Source: an uncultured Candidatus Saccharibacteria bacterium (GTDB lineage Bacteria; Patescibacteriota; Minisyncoccia; Phycocordibacterales; UBA1006). From it: a DNA stretch of 64,000 nucleotides. Every line of letters starts with the position of its first letter. Within the stretch, counting starts at the first letter, position 1. The notes beneath the pieces are model-generated. The model was given only the letters and a program-made list of their open reading frames with translations, searched no databases and had not been told where the DNA came from. The stretch is from NCBI GenBank assembly GCA_964592365.1, contig CAZQDL010000003.1, positions 2,186 through 66,185 of the forward strand. Reading direction: 5' to 3'. Below, piece after piece: positions 49,048 to 58,782 of the stretch. The position numbers and the translations under genes were made by a program.

Positions 49048-49800
49048 ATGAAAGATCAAACATTCTATATCTACGGAAGAAAACCAATTGAAGAGCAGTT
49101 ATTGCATAATCATGAAAATATACTTCGTATCTTTATTTCGGATAAGGTACATGCAAACGAGGAAGACATTAATCAGATAAAAGCATTTTCTAAACAAAAG
49201 AGAATTCCTTTTAACACAGTTTCTTTGAAAAAAATTGCAAGCCATGTAGGTGATGTAAATGATCAAGGTATTATTGCACTACTTAAGAAACCAAATTATA
49301 AAGATCTTCAAGAATGGTTAGATGCTCTTGAGATCGGAAAGAATCAAGCAGTACTTGTTCTTGATCATATTGAAGATACTCATAACTTTGGCGCTATTCT
49401 AAGAACAGCATCAGCTGTAGGAGTAACAGGGGTAATTGTAGCCAAAGATAGACAAGCTCCATTGAATGCAACAGTATTTAAAACATCAGCAGGAGCAGCA
49501 ACAAAAATTCCAGTAATTCAAGTATCAAATATAAATCAAAGTATTAAACGTTTACAAGAAAACAAGTTTTGGGTTGCAGCTGTTGATATGCCTGAATCTA
49601 AAAAAGATATTATCTGGGAACATAGTTTCAATACACCTATGGCCTTTGTAGTAGGTTCTGAAGGAAAGGGTGTTTCTGAAAGAACTAAAGAAATATGTGA
49701 TTTTACCGTTGGCTTACCACTTTCAAATGATGTTGAATCACTAAACGTATCAGTTGCTACAGCAGCAGTACTTTTTGAATGGAAACGACAGAATCAATAA
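49048..49800 (+). CDS. rlmB: 23S rRNA Gm2251 methyltransferase (SpoU/TrmH family)
   Basis: IYGR, LDHIEDTHNFGAILRTA, GSEGKG, ESLNVSVA. Confidence 0.92.
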   Translation: MKDQTFYIYGRKPIEEQLLHNHENILRIFISDKVHANEEDINQIKAFSKQKRIPFNTVSLKKIASHVGDVNDQGIIALLKKPNYKDLQEWLDALEIGKNQAVLVLDHIEDTHNFGAILRTASAVGVTGVIVAKDRQAPLNATVFKTSAGAATKIPVIQVSNINQSIKRLQENKFWVAAVDMPESKKDIIWEHSFNTPMAFVVGSEGKGVSERTKEICDFTVGLPLSNDVESLNVSVATAAVLFEWKRQNQ

Positions 49801-49823
49801 TATAGATATGATATACTATTGAT

Positions 49824-50726
49824 ATGATAGAACAGGCACAAAATATTTTAAACATATCAATTATTTGGCTACAAGAGGATGGAATCCATGTCTTTAGCAT
49901 TCTTCTTATTACTTGGCTTATCTCAAAAGTACTTCATGTATTGGTGAGTAAAGCGGTACGTAGATTGGTACCTGGTGATAGTTTTCATTTACCATCGGAA
50001 GAAGAAAAGAGGGAAAATACTCTTATCTCAATCATTCAAGGATTCTTAAGTATATTTATTTGGGTAGCAGCGTTTGTATACATCCTATATAAGTTTGGAG
50101 TACCTATTGCACCTCTAGTTACAGGAGCTGGTATTGTGGGAGTCGCTCTTGGATTTGGTTCACAGTCTTTAGTACGTGATATTATCGCTGGTATATTTAT
50201 CATCGCGGAAAACCAATTCAGAATAGGAGATGTGGTTGATTTGGGTGGATACACAGGAACAGTAGAAGGAATGACTCTTCGTGTTACAAGATTACGTCAA
50301 CTAGACGGAACGATTCACTTCGTACCTAATGGAGAAATTAAAATCGCATCGAATAAGTCAAAAGATTATTCAATGGTAGATCTTAAGGTTCACGTAGGAT
50401 ATAACACCGAAATTGATTTTCTTGAACAGGTAATCAATGACGTTGGTTTGACACTAAGTTTAGATGAAAACTTCAAAGATCATATTATTGAGCCCCCACA
50501 ATTTCTACGAATTGATGACTTATCTGATTACTCAGTTACTGTTCGTATACTTGGAAAAGTATATCCAAAGCATCAGTTTCTTGTTGCCGGAGAATTAAGA
50601 AAACGCTTAAAGCAAGCTTTTGAAAAAAACAACATTGATATTCCATATCCAACTCGAATCGTTCATAATATTACTGATGAAGTACCTAAGAAAGTTCTTA
50701 AAAGAAAAGTAACGAAGAAAAAATAA
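49824..50726 (+). CDS. Small-conductance mechanosensitive channel (MscS family)
   Basis: GAGIVGVALGFGSQSLVRD, FRIGD, GTVE, PNGEI, IPYP. Confidence 0.93.
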   Translation: MIEQAQNILNISIIWLQEDGIHVFSILLITWLISKVLHVLVSKAVRRLVPGDSFHLPSEEEKRENTLISIIQGFLSIFIWVAAFVYILYKFGVPIAPLVTGAGIVGVALGFGSQSLVRDIIAGIFIIAENQFRIGDVVDLGGYTGTVEGMTLRVTRLRQLDGTIHFVPNGEIKIASNKSKDYSMVDLKVHVGYNTEIDFLEQVINDVGLTLSLDENFKDHIIEPPQFLRIDDLSDYSVTVRILGKVYPKHQFLVAGELRKRLKQAFEKNNIDIPYPTRIVHNITDEVPKKVLKRKVTKKK

Positions 50727-51712
50727 TGATTAACCAAGAAAAAAAAGTAGCATTATCTGGAGTACAGCCTACAGGTAGGCCTCATATTGGAAATTACTTT
50801 GGAGCAATGAAGCAATTTGTTGATTTACAAAATAAATATCAATTATATATCTTCATTGCTGATTATCATGCACTAACAACAGTACATGATGCATCAGTAT
50901 TACAGCATCAAATTAATAACCTGATTCTTGACTATCTTGCAATTGGTCTTGATCCTGAGAAGGTAGTTATCTATCGACAGGTTGATGTACCTGAACTCAC
51001 TGAACTTGCATGGATTTTTTCAACCTTAGTAACCATTCCTTGGTTGGAGAGAGCGCATGCGTATAAGGATAAGACAGCAAAAGGTCTTGAAGCAAATGTA
51101 GGACTTTTTACCTATCCAATCCTTATGGCTGCTGATATTCTTCTTCCTAATGCTGATATTGTTCCTGTTGGAAAAGATCAGATTCAGCATGTTGAAATGG
51201 CACGAGAAATAGCAAGAAAATTCAATAGTGAATTTGGTGATTTATTCAAAGAACCACAAGAACTTGTAAAGGAAGGGGTTGAGACTGTTGTAGGTACTGA
51301 TGGACAAAAGATGTCTAAATCATATAAGAATACTATTCCTCTATTTGGAACTGATGCTGAGATAAAGAAAGCAATTATGGGAATTGTAACTGATAGTAAA
51401 AACCCAGAAGACATCAAAGATCCAGAATCATGTAATGTTTTTGCACTCCATAAACTTATCACACCTGAACCACAGCTATCTGAAATACGAGAAAAATATG
51501 AGAAGGGTGGTTTAGGATACGGTGACTCTAAGAAAATGCTTCTTGATAACTACATTGCATATATTTCTGATATGCGAGAGAAAAGAGAATACTATGAAAA
51601 AAATCCTGGTATTGTTAGACAAATTCTAGATGAAGGAGCAAGTGTAATGAAAAAAGTTGCAAAGGAACGTATGAAAGACGTTAGATTAAAAGTAGGGTTA
51701 ACTATCAGTTAA
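50726..51712 (+). CDS. trpS: Tryptophan--tRNA ligase
   Basis: SGVQPTG.PHIGNYFGA, YPILMAADIL, VPVGKDQ.QH.E, KMSKS. Confidence 0.97.
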   Translation: MINQEKKVALSGVQPTGRPHIGNYFGAMKQFVDLQNKYQLYIFIADYHALTTVHDASVLQHQINNLILDYLAIGLDPEKVVIYRQVDVPELTELAWIFSTLVTIPWLERAHAYKDKTAKGLEANVGLFTYPILMAADILLPNADIVPVGKDQIQHVEMAREIARKFNSEFGDLFKEPQELVKEGVETVVGTDGQKMSKSYKNTIPLFGTDAEIKKAIMGIVTDSKNPEDIKDPESCNVFALHKLITPEPQLSEIREKYEKGGLGYGDSKKMLLDNYIAYISDMREKREYYEKNPGIVRQILDEGASVMKKVAKERMKDVRLKVGLTIS

Positions 51713-51713
51713 T

Positions 51714-52049
51714 ATGAAATCAAACTGGATTAAACACGTTGTTCCGATTCTTGCATTTACTGCAGGTATCATCATTAGCTCAATTGGAGGTATTATGACC
51801 TTAAGTTCAGCTCTTGAACTAAGTTTTTTCAAACAAGATAGATATAGTTATATATCTGAAGAAGAATGTAAATTTCAAAAAGAAGTTGAACTTCCTGTAC
51901 AAGAAATTGAAAAATGTATGGAAGAAAGAAGAGAACAAGAAACTGAAAGATTTAAGGAGGATAAGAAGAGAGATATTGTTGATGGAATCTCATTTCTTGT
52001 AGTTGGTGGAATACTGCTTTTGTCTTTTAGAAAAAGGGCATTAGGATAA
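51714..52049 (+). CDS. Hypothetical 2-TM protein with a Cys pair in the loop
   Basis: Two hydrophobic helices flank an acidic loop with two Cys. Confidence 0.7.
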   Translation: MKSNWIKHVVPILAFTAGIIISSIGGIMTLSSALELSFFKQDRYSYISEEECKFQKEVELPVQEIEKCMEERREQETERFKEDKKRDIVDGISFLVVGGILLLSFRKRALG

Positions 52050-52090
52050 AGATCTGGTTTCTCAGGTCTTTTTTTATGGTAGGATATTCA

Positions 52091-52200
52091 TACCAGTGAA
52101 GCACTGACAATGCTGAGGTACATTCAACAATACGAGCGCTTATTCACTAAGAATCAGGGTGGCACCGCGGTAATATATCGTCCCTGAGTTAACCGATTTT
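52091..52200 (+). promoter_or_regulatory. Minimal T-box riboswitch (Asp, GAC specifier) upstream of aspS
   Basis: T-box consensus AATCAGGGTGGCACCGCG...CGTCCCTGA (52152-52187), K-turn-like Stem I 52091-52120 with GAC in the loop, Stem III CTTA-ttcac-TAAG. Confidence 0.88.
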
Positions 52201-52206
52201 ACATAT

Positions 52207-53628
52207 ATGAAAAGAACATTAATACGTGACCTAAGTAGTCACAAAAATGAAGAAGTGCAGATTAATGCATGGGTAGCTGTACGAAGAGATCAAGGGAAAA
52301 TGGCTTTTTTTGATTTCAGAGATGTAACAGGAACTGTTCAAGGGGTAGTTTTTGGAAAACCAGAAGTACTTGAAATTGCAAAAACACTTAGACCTGAGTG
52401 GGTTGTTTCAATACAAGGTATGATCAATCCACGTCCTGAGAATATGATAAAGCAAGATGTACTTAATGGTGATATTGAAATTGAAATAACTAATATTGAA
52501 ATTCTAAATAAGGCAGAAACACCAGCCTTTGAAATTACAGAATCAACCCAAGATATCAATGAAGAAGTAAGGTTGAAGAATAGGTATTTGGATTTACGTA
52601 CATCACGAATGAACAAGAATTTAACGATGCGTCACAAAGTTGCAAAACTTTGTAGAGATCACTTAGATTCACTTGGTTTTCTAGAGATTGAAACACCTAT
52701 ACTTACTAAATCAACACCTGAGGGTGCTCGTGATTACGTAGTTCCATCTCGACTATCACCTCATCAATTCTATGCACTCCCACAATCTCCTCAGCAGTAT
52801 AAGCAATTACTTATGTCATCTGGAGTAGAGAGATATTTCCAATTTGCTCGATGTATGAGAGATGAAGATTTACGTGGCGATAGACAGCCTGAGTTCACGC
52901 AACTGGATATGGAAATTTCTTTTGCAAGCCAAGAAGATATTATGAATATCAATGAACAGTTGCTCATCCACATTGTGGAGAAACTCTATCCAGAAAAAAG
53001 AATTCAACAGATTCCTTTTCCTAGAATTAGTTACAAAGAAGCAATGGATACCTATGGAAACGACCGGCCTGATATCAGAGAAGACACCACTGATGAAAAT
53101 CTTTTAGCATTTTGTTGGGTTGTAGATTTTCCTTTCTTTGAAAAAACGGCTACCTCAGATGATCCACAAGCGCAAGGAGAATGGACATTTACCCACAACC
53201 CATTTTCATTAGCTGTACCAGAACATGTTGAAAATCTAAGAGCGAAGAAAAATATTGCAGATATTATCGCGGCACAATATGACATTGTTCTTAATGGATT
53301 TGAGATTGGAGGTGGTTCAATTCGAGCTCATAACCCTGAAATTTTAAGGTCAATTCTTGAAATTCTTGGTCATGAAACTAAAAACATTGAAGAAAATTTT
53401 GGTCATATGCTTCAAGCACTTGGATCAGGAACCCCTCCACACGGCGGAATTGCATGGGGATTTGACAGATTAATGATGATTCTGCAAAACGAAAAGACTA
53501 TCCGTGAAGTTATTGCATTCCCAAAAAATGGGGAAGGAAGAGATCCTATGATGGAAGCTCCTTCATCAATATCAGCACAGCAACTCAATGAACTACATAT
53601 CTCATTGAGTAAGATTCAAAGCTCATAG
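52207..53628 (+). CDS. aspS: Aspartate--tRNA ligase (compact, lacks bacterial insertion domain)
   Basis: RRDQG OB fold, RYLDLR, PQSPQQYKQ, RDEDLRGDRQPEFTQLD, GGGSIR, PPHGGIAWGFDR; 473 aa. Confidence 0.96.
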   Translation: MKRTLIRDLSSHKNEEVQINAWVAVRRDQGKMAFFDFRDVTGTVQGVVFGKPEVLEIAKTLRPEWVVSIQGMINPRPENMIKQDVLNGDIEIEITNIEILNKAETPAFEITESTQDINEEVRLKNRYLDLRTSRMNKNLTMRHKVAKLCRDHLDSLGFLEIETPILTKSTPEGARDYVVPSRLSPHQFYALPQSPQQYKQLLMSSGVERYFQFARCMRDEDLRGDRQPEFTQLDMEISFASQEDIMNINEQLLIHIVEKLYPEKRIQQIPFPRISYKEAMDTYGNDRPDIREDTTDENLLAFCWVVDFPFFEKTATSDDPQAQGEWTFTHNPFSLAVPEHVENLRAKKNIADIIAAQYDIVLNGFEIGGGSIRAHNPEILRSILEILGHETKNIEENFGHMLQALGSGTPPHGGIAWGFDRLMMILQNEKTIREVIAFPKNGEGRDPMMEAPSSISAQQLNELHISLSKIQSS

Positions 53629-53693
53629 AGCTTTTTTTCTTGCCCTATATCATATACAATCATTTCATTGTAGGGTAACAAGAGATTCTGTAT

Positions 53694-55208
53694 ATGGATA
53701 AGCTAATTGAAATTTCAATAAAAAAATATTTCGAGTTGAGAAAATTTAGAGTAAAAGGGTGGCTACACAGTCAGGTGGATACTCAAGAATTTATCATTCA
53801 AGAACTAATATCTGAGGCTCTTTCTACTCAATTTGGAAAGGAACATGCATTTGTAAATATTGATTCAATTGCAACATACCAGAAACTGGTACCTGTTAGG
53901 AATCACACTGAGCTTCTTCCGTACATTGAAGATATGATGCAAGGTAAGAAGGATATCCTTTGGCCTGGAACCGTTACTATGTTTTCAAAATCTTCAGGAA
54001 CTACAAGTTCAGTAAGTAAATACATACCGGTAAGTAGGGAATCATTACATGAGAATAACTATAAGGCGGGAAGAGACTTATATGCAATCATTAGCACCAT
54101 CTATCCAGAGTTAACCATCTTTAGTGATGAAGGGTCAGTTCTTGGAATTACAGGGAGCTTTGAGGAACGAGAAGATGGTATGAAGGTAGGTGATGTTTCA
54201 GCAATCATTGCCTCTGAACTTCCATCTATGTTTCAAGAAAGAAGAAAACCTTCTCTTGAAGTTGCGCTTATGAAAAACTGGGATGAAAAAATCCAAGCAA
54301 TAATAGATGAGTGTGTTTCTTTAAATATTACACATCTTTCTGGTGTTCCCACCTGGTTTATCCCTCTTTTCAATGAGCTTCAGAAACAACATCCATATCA
54401 AACCCTACGAGATATATGGCCTAATTTACAGCTATTTATTCATGGTGCTGTTTCTTTTAAACCATATGAGGAACGTTTTCATAAGTTACTACCTTTTGAC
54501 GATATGAAGTACATCGAAGTATATAACGCATCTGAAGGTTTTTTTGCGATACAAGATACTGAAACAAAGAAAGGAGAGATGCTCCTTCTTACCGATCATG
54601 GTGTTTTTTATGAATTCATCAATTTCCATGAATATCAAAAGGGAACAAGAGATGCTATATGGCTTAACTCTGTTGAAATAGGTGTTCCGTATGCACTCAT
54701 TATATCTACAAATGCAGGTCTATGGCGGTATGATCTTGGGGATGTCATTGAATTTACCTCATTAAAACCATATAGAATACGTATTGTTGGACGTACAAAG
54801 ACTTGTTTGAATCTTTGTGGGGAAGAACTTATGGAAGGGAATACTGACATGGCTCTTCAAGAACTTTCTAAATCTTTTGGTGTTAATATTGAAGACTATA
54901 CGGTAACAGCACTAGAATCTGGAAACAGTACTATTGGACATCATCAGTGGATTATAGAAACGGAAGAGATATTGAATATCGATGAATTTAGAACTGCCCT
55001 TGATATAAAATTAAGATCATTGAACTCGGACTATGATGCAAAAAGAACTGGAAACCTTGCTTTAGGATTACTTGAACTTCAAGTAGTTCCCAAAGGTACT
55101 TTCATGAAATGGCTTGCTTCAAAAGGGAAATTAGGTGGGCAGCACAAGGTACCAAAACTATTAGCTGATAGGAAAATATATGACGAGATATTAAAAAGCA
55201 GTATGTAA
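53694..55208 (+). CDS. GH3-family acyl-acid amido synthetase-like protein
   Basis: FSKSSGTTS..SKYIP, GVPTW, YNASEGFF, FYEFI, GLWRY..GD, GKLGGQHKVP. Confidence 0.9.
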   Translation: MDKLIEISIKKYFELRKFRVKGWLHSQVDTQEFIIQELISEALSTQFGKEHAFVNIDSIATYQKLVPVRNHTELLPYIEDMMQGKKDILWPGTVTMFSKSSGTTSSVSKYIPVSRESLHENNYKAGRDLYAIISTIYPELTIFSDEGSVLGITGSFEEREDGMKVGDVSAIIASELPSMFQERRKPSLEVALMKNWDEKIQAIIDECVSLNITHLSGVPTWFIPLFNELQKQHPYQTLRDIWPNLQLFIHGAVSFKPYEERFHKLLPFDDMKYIEVYNASEGFFAIQDTETKKGEMLLLTDHGVFYEFINFHEYQKGTRDAIWLNSVEIGVPYALIISTNAGLWRYDLGDVIEFTSLKPYRIRIVGRTKTCLNLCGEELMEGNTDMALQELSKSFGVNIEDYTVTALESGNSTIGHHQWIIETEEILNIDEFRTALDIKLRSLNSDYDAKRTGNLALGLLELQVVPKGTFMKWLASKGKLGGQHKVPKLLADRKIYDEILKSSM

Positions 55209-55264
55209 TATACTGCTTTTTAATATTCTAGTTACAGACAACTTTTGCATGCTACAATACAGCT

Positions 55265-55990
55265 ATGAGTTTTGAGTTAACTATTCCTGAATTTACTGGA
55301 CCTATTGAGGCTCTCCTTAATCTTATAGAAAAAAGAAAGCTTCCCATTAATGATGTATCCCTTGCTGAGATTACAGAAGAGTATTTAAACTATATATCTA
55401 GTCTTGATTCACATATTCCCATTTCACAAAGAATTCACTTTGTATACATTGCATCTACACTTACCCTTATTAAATCAAAATCTCTTCTTCCTTCACTTGA
55501 ACTAACAGAATCAGAAGAAAGTGACGTTGAACAACTTAAACATCGTCTTGTGTTATATCAGCAATACCAGGAATTAGGTTTAGTTCTTGGAACTAAATTT
55601 AAAATGATACCTTCTTTCTTTTATCCTAAGCCAAAGAAAAAAGCTATTGTCTTTTCACCTCATGTTGATATTACACCAATAAATATGACGGAATTACTTA
55701 AGAATCTATATTCAGAAATTCCAGAAAAACCTAAAACAAAGCAAGAGGGATATGTAAAAATTGCTGTTCACATAGAAGAGCTTATGGATTCACTTATCGA
55801 AAGAGTTAAGGCTCAAGCAAGTATAAACTTTCAAACTTTCTTAAAACAAAAACAATTAGGGTATACTCAACCAAAGGAACAAAAGGTGGTTGCTGTGGTT
55901 GGATTCCTTGCTCTTCTTGAGGTAGTGCGTAACCACGGCCTTGCGGTATCACAAGAACATCTTTTTTCAGATATTAATATATATCAATAG
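55265..55990 (+). CDS. scpA: Segregation/condensation protein A
   Basis: FTGPIEALLNLI, IKSKSLLP, FLALLE...Q..LFSDI. Confidence 0.9.
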   Translation: MSFELTIPEFTGPIEALLNLIEKRKLPINDVSLAEITEEYLNYISSLDSHIPISQRIHFVYIASTLTLIKSKSLLPSLELTESEESDVEQLKHRLVLYQQYQELGLVLGTKFKMIPSFFYPKPKKKAIVFSPHVDITPINMTELLKNLYSEIPEKPKTKQEGYVKIAVHIEELMDSLIERVKAQASINFQTFLKQKQLGYTQPKEQKVVAVVGFLALLEVVRNHGLAVSQEHLFSDINIYQ

Positions 55991-55995
55991 CATTT

Positions 55996-56556
55996 ATGAA
56001 CACGTATCAACAAACAATTGAATCACTGCTTTTCTATGAAAATCAACCGGTAAGTTTTGCATGGCTTTCACGTCATCTTGGTATTAGTATTGTAAATACA
56101 AAAGAAGAAGTTGAAGGATTAATGAAATACTATGAGAACAGAGGAATTGAAATTCTTGTACACGACGACATGGTTTCCTTGGTAACTCATCGTTCTCAAC
56201 AAAAAAAACTTCTTGAGTTAGAAGAACAAGAACAAGTGAAAGAGCTTTCTAAGCAAGCTCTTGAAACTTTAGCTATTATTGTATACAAGCAGGGAATAAC
56301 CAAGGCAGAAATTGATTTTATACGAGGAGTAAACTCTGTATATATTCTTAGAAATCTCACCATAAGAGGTCTTATTGAAAAGAAACAGAACGCTGATGAC
56401 AAGCGATCACCAAAGTACAGACCAACCTTAGATCTTCTTTCGTATTTAGGGATTGCACAAGTATCTGAACTACCTGAATATGAAATGCATACAAAAAAAT
56501 TAGAAGCCTTGCAAGAAGATTTTTTACAAGAACAGCTCACTCTTAGTGAAGAGTAA
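55996..56556 (+). CDS. scpB: Segregation/condensation protein B
   Basis: IESLLF, LSKQALETLAIIVY, ITKAEIDFIRGVNS. Confidence 0.93.
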   Translation: MNTYQQTIESLLFYENQPVSFAWLSRHLGISIVNTKEEVEGLMKYYENRGIEILVHDDMVSLVTHRSQQKKLLELEEQEQVKELSKQALETLAIIVYKQGITKAEIDFIRGVNSVYILRNLTIRGLIEKKQNADDKRSPKYRPTLDLLSYLGIAQVSELPEYEMHTKKLEALQEDFLQEQLTLSEE

Positions 56557-56564
56557 TATACATT

Positions 56565-57635
56565 ATGGAAACACAACTTATTATCATACGGATTCTCATC
56601 CCTACAGTTAGTGCCTTCATTATTGGGATTACTACAACACCTCTATTCACACATATTTTTTATAAGTATAAGTTATGGAAAAGAAGTTCTCGAATAGATA
56701 CACAAGTAAATCCTGACATGCTCAAGCAAGCAGGGGAAGTCATGGAAAAAATACATAACAAGGAAGAAACTAAAGTTCCACGTATTGGAGGAGTAATTGT
56801 ATGGACTTCAGTAAGTCTTGTTGCATTAATTGGATATCTTCTTTATCTATTCATTCCAGAAGCACTTGATTTAAACTTTATTACAAGAAATCAAACACTT
56901 ATTGCATTTGCTTCCTTGATAGTTGGTGCTGTTATTGGTCTCATTGATGATCTTTTACAAATTTTTGGTAATAAAAAGCAACTTGCCATTGGTATACCTA
57001 GAAAGATTAGAATTGCTTTAGTTGCAAGCTTAGGAATTCTTCAAGGTATGTGGTTTTTTGAAAAACTTGGTTATTCATATATCACTATACCTTTTGATCT
57101 TGGTATTCTTGAACTGGGAGTATTCTTTGTACCTTTATTTATGATTACTACTCTTGGACTGTTTTCAAGTTCTATTATTGATGGATTGGATGGTTTAGCA
57201 GCTGGTGTATTAGGTACTATTTTTACCACCTATGGATTTATTGGTGTTATTCAATATCAATACAGTATTGCAATCTTTTGTTTTGTTGTTGCAGGAGCGC
57301 TTCTTGCATTTTTATGGTTTAACATACCTCCGGCTCGATTTTATTTAGGAGAAACAGGAATACTCTCACTTACACTTCCTCTTGCAGTAATTATATTCCT
57401 AACCAATACCCTAGTTGAATTTATTATTATTGGTCTGCCACTAATCATTACTTCACTTTCTTCAATTATTCAGATAGTTGCTCGAAGGTATTTTAACAAA
57501 AGGGTATTTAAACTAGCACCTCTTCACCACCACTTTGAAGCAATTGGATGGGGTCGACCTAAGATTACTATGAGGTATTGGGTGTTTTCAATCATCTGTT
57601 CTGCAATTGGAATTATTGTTGTTATCATTGGATAA
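56565..57635 (+). CDS. mraY: Phospho-N-acetylmuramoyl-pentapeptide transferase
   Basis: VPRIGG, GLIDD, DGLDGL, FLWFNIPPA.FYLGE.G, APLHHHFE. Confidence 0.93.
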   Translation: METQLIIIRILIPTVSAFIIGITTTPLFTHIFYKYKLWKRSSRIDTQVNPDMLKQAGEVMEKIHNKEETKVPRIGGVIVWTSVSLVALIGYLLYLFIPEALDLNFITRNQTLIAFASLIVGAVIGLIDDLLQIFGNKKQLAIGIPRKIRIALVASLGILQGMWFFEKLGYSYITIPFDLGILELGVFFVPLFMITTLGLFSSSIIDGLDGLAAGVLGTIFTTYGFIGVIQYQYSIAIFCFVVAGALLAFLWFNIPPARFYLGETGILSLTLPLAVIIFLTNTLVEFIIIGLPLIITSLSSIIQIVARRYFNKRVFKLAPLHHHFEAIGWGRPKITMRYWVFSIICSAIGIIVVIIG

Positions 57636-57638
57636 ATT

Positions 57639-58766
57639 ATGAAAAAACTTAGAAAAAAAAAGGTTGATATAAAACTTCTAACCATTATATTTCTGTTACT
57701 TGCAATTGGTCTTATCACCTATATTTCAACGTCACTCTCAATCTTTACCGAGGACAAGGATCAATTTTGGTCCTTGATCATTAGGCATGTTGGTTTAGGA
57801 GTTATTGGTGGAGGTATTGCGATGTATGTAACCAGTCACATTGACTATAGTCACTGGAAAAAATATTCACTTCATGTATTCATCCTATCAGTTCTTGCAA
57901 CTGCTTTAGTATTTATTCCAGGGCTTGGATTCTCTCATGGTGGAGCAACACGTTGGTTGAGTTTAGGATTCATTACACTGCAACCTGCAGAGTTTTTGAA
58001 GTTAGGAACGATTCTTTTCTTTAGTGCATGGCTAGCAAAACACAAAGACCGTATATCAACATTTAAGTTTGGTTTACTACCATTTCTTGGAATAGTTGGT
58101 ATTGCTTTTGCTACCCTTATTCCACAACCAGACACAGGAACAATGGCACTTATTGGTCTTGTTTGTTTTCTTTTATATTTCATGCGAGGAGCTTCATGGA
58201 AGCATATTGGAGTTGTTATTTTTTGTTTTTTTGTTTTTGCAGGTGCATATGCAGCGGTAAATCCACACGTTATTGATAGAATTGAAACCTTTGCTAATCC
58301 TTCAAGAGATCCATATGGAGCATCATACCAAGTACAGCAATCTAAAATTGCTATTGGTTCAGGGAAGCTGTATGGAAGAGGTTTAGGACAGAGTGTACAT
58401 AAATTTGGACCATATCTTCCTGAATCAAATTCTGACTCTATCTTTGCAGTATTTGCAGAAGAATTTGGTTTTTTGGGAACTTCTTTACTAGTAGTACTTT
58501 ACTCGATATTTACTTTCTTTGGGGTAAGAATTGCACGCCTTGCACCAACAAGTTTTGGACAAAATATTACCATTGGAATTATATTCTTAATTACCATTCA
58601 AGTATTTTTCAATATTGCTGCTATTTCAGGTTTAGTACCGTTATCTGGTTTACCCCTTATCTTTATGAGTCATGGCGGTTCAGCATTATTTATCAGCCTT
58701 GCTCAACTTGGTATTGTTCTTAACGTCTCTCGGTATATTAAAACTCCACGTAAGGTGGTGAAATAG
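57639..58766 (+). CDS. ftsW: SEDS peptidoglycan polymerase FtsW
   Basis: GATRW, QPAEFLK, QPDTGT, YLPESNSDSIF, G.PL.FMSHGGS; between mraY and murG. Confidence 0.92.
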   Translation: MKKLRKKKVDIKLLTIIFLLLAIGLITYISTSLSIFTEDKDQFWSLIIRHVGLGVIGGGIAMYVTSHIDYSHWKKYSLHVFILSVLATALVFIPGLGFSHGGATRWLSLGFITLQPAEFLKLGTILFFSAWLAKHKDRISTFKFGLLPFLGIVGIAFATLIPQPDTGTMALIGLVCFLLYFMRGASWKHIGVVIFCFFVFAGAYAAVNPHVIDRIETFANPSRDPYGASYQVQQSKIAIGSGKLYGRGLGQSVHKFGPYLPESNSDSIFAVFAEEFGFLGTSLLVVLYSIFTFFGVRIARLAPTSFGQNITIGIIFLITIQVFFNIAAISGLVPLSGLPLIFMSHGGSALFISLAQLGIVLNVSRYIKTPRKVVK

Positions 58767-58782
58767 TGTATACTATACGAGT

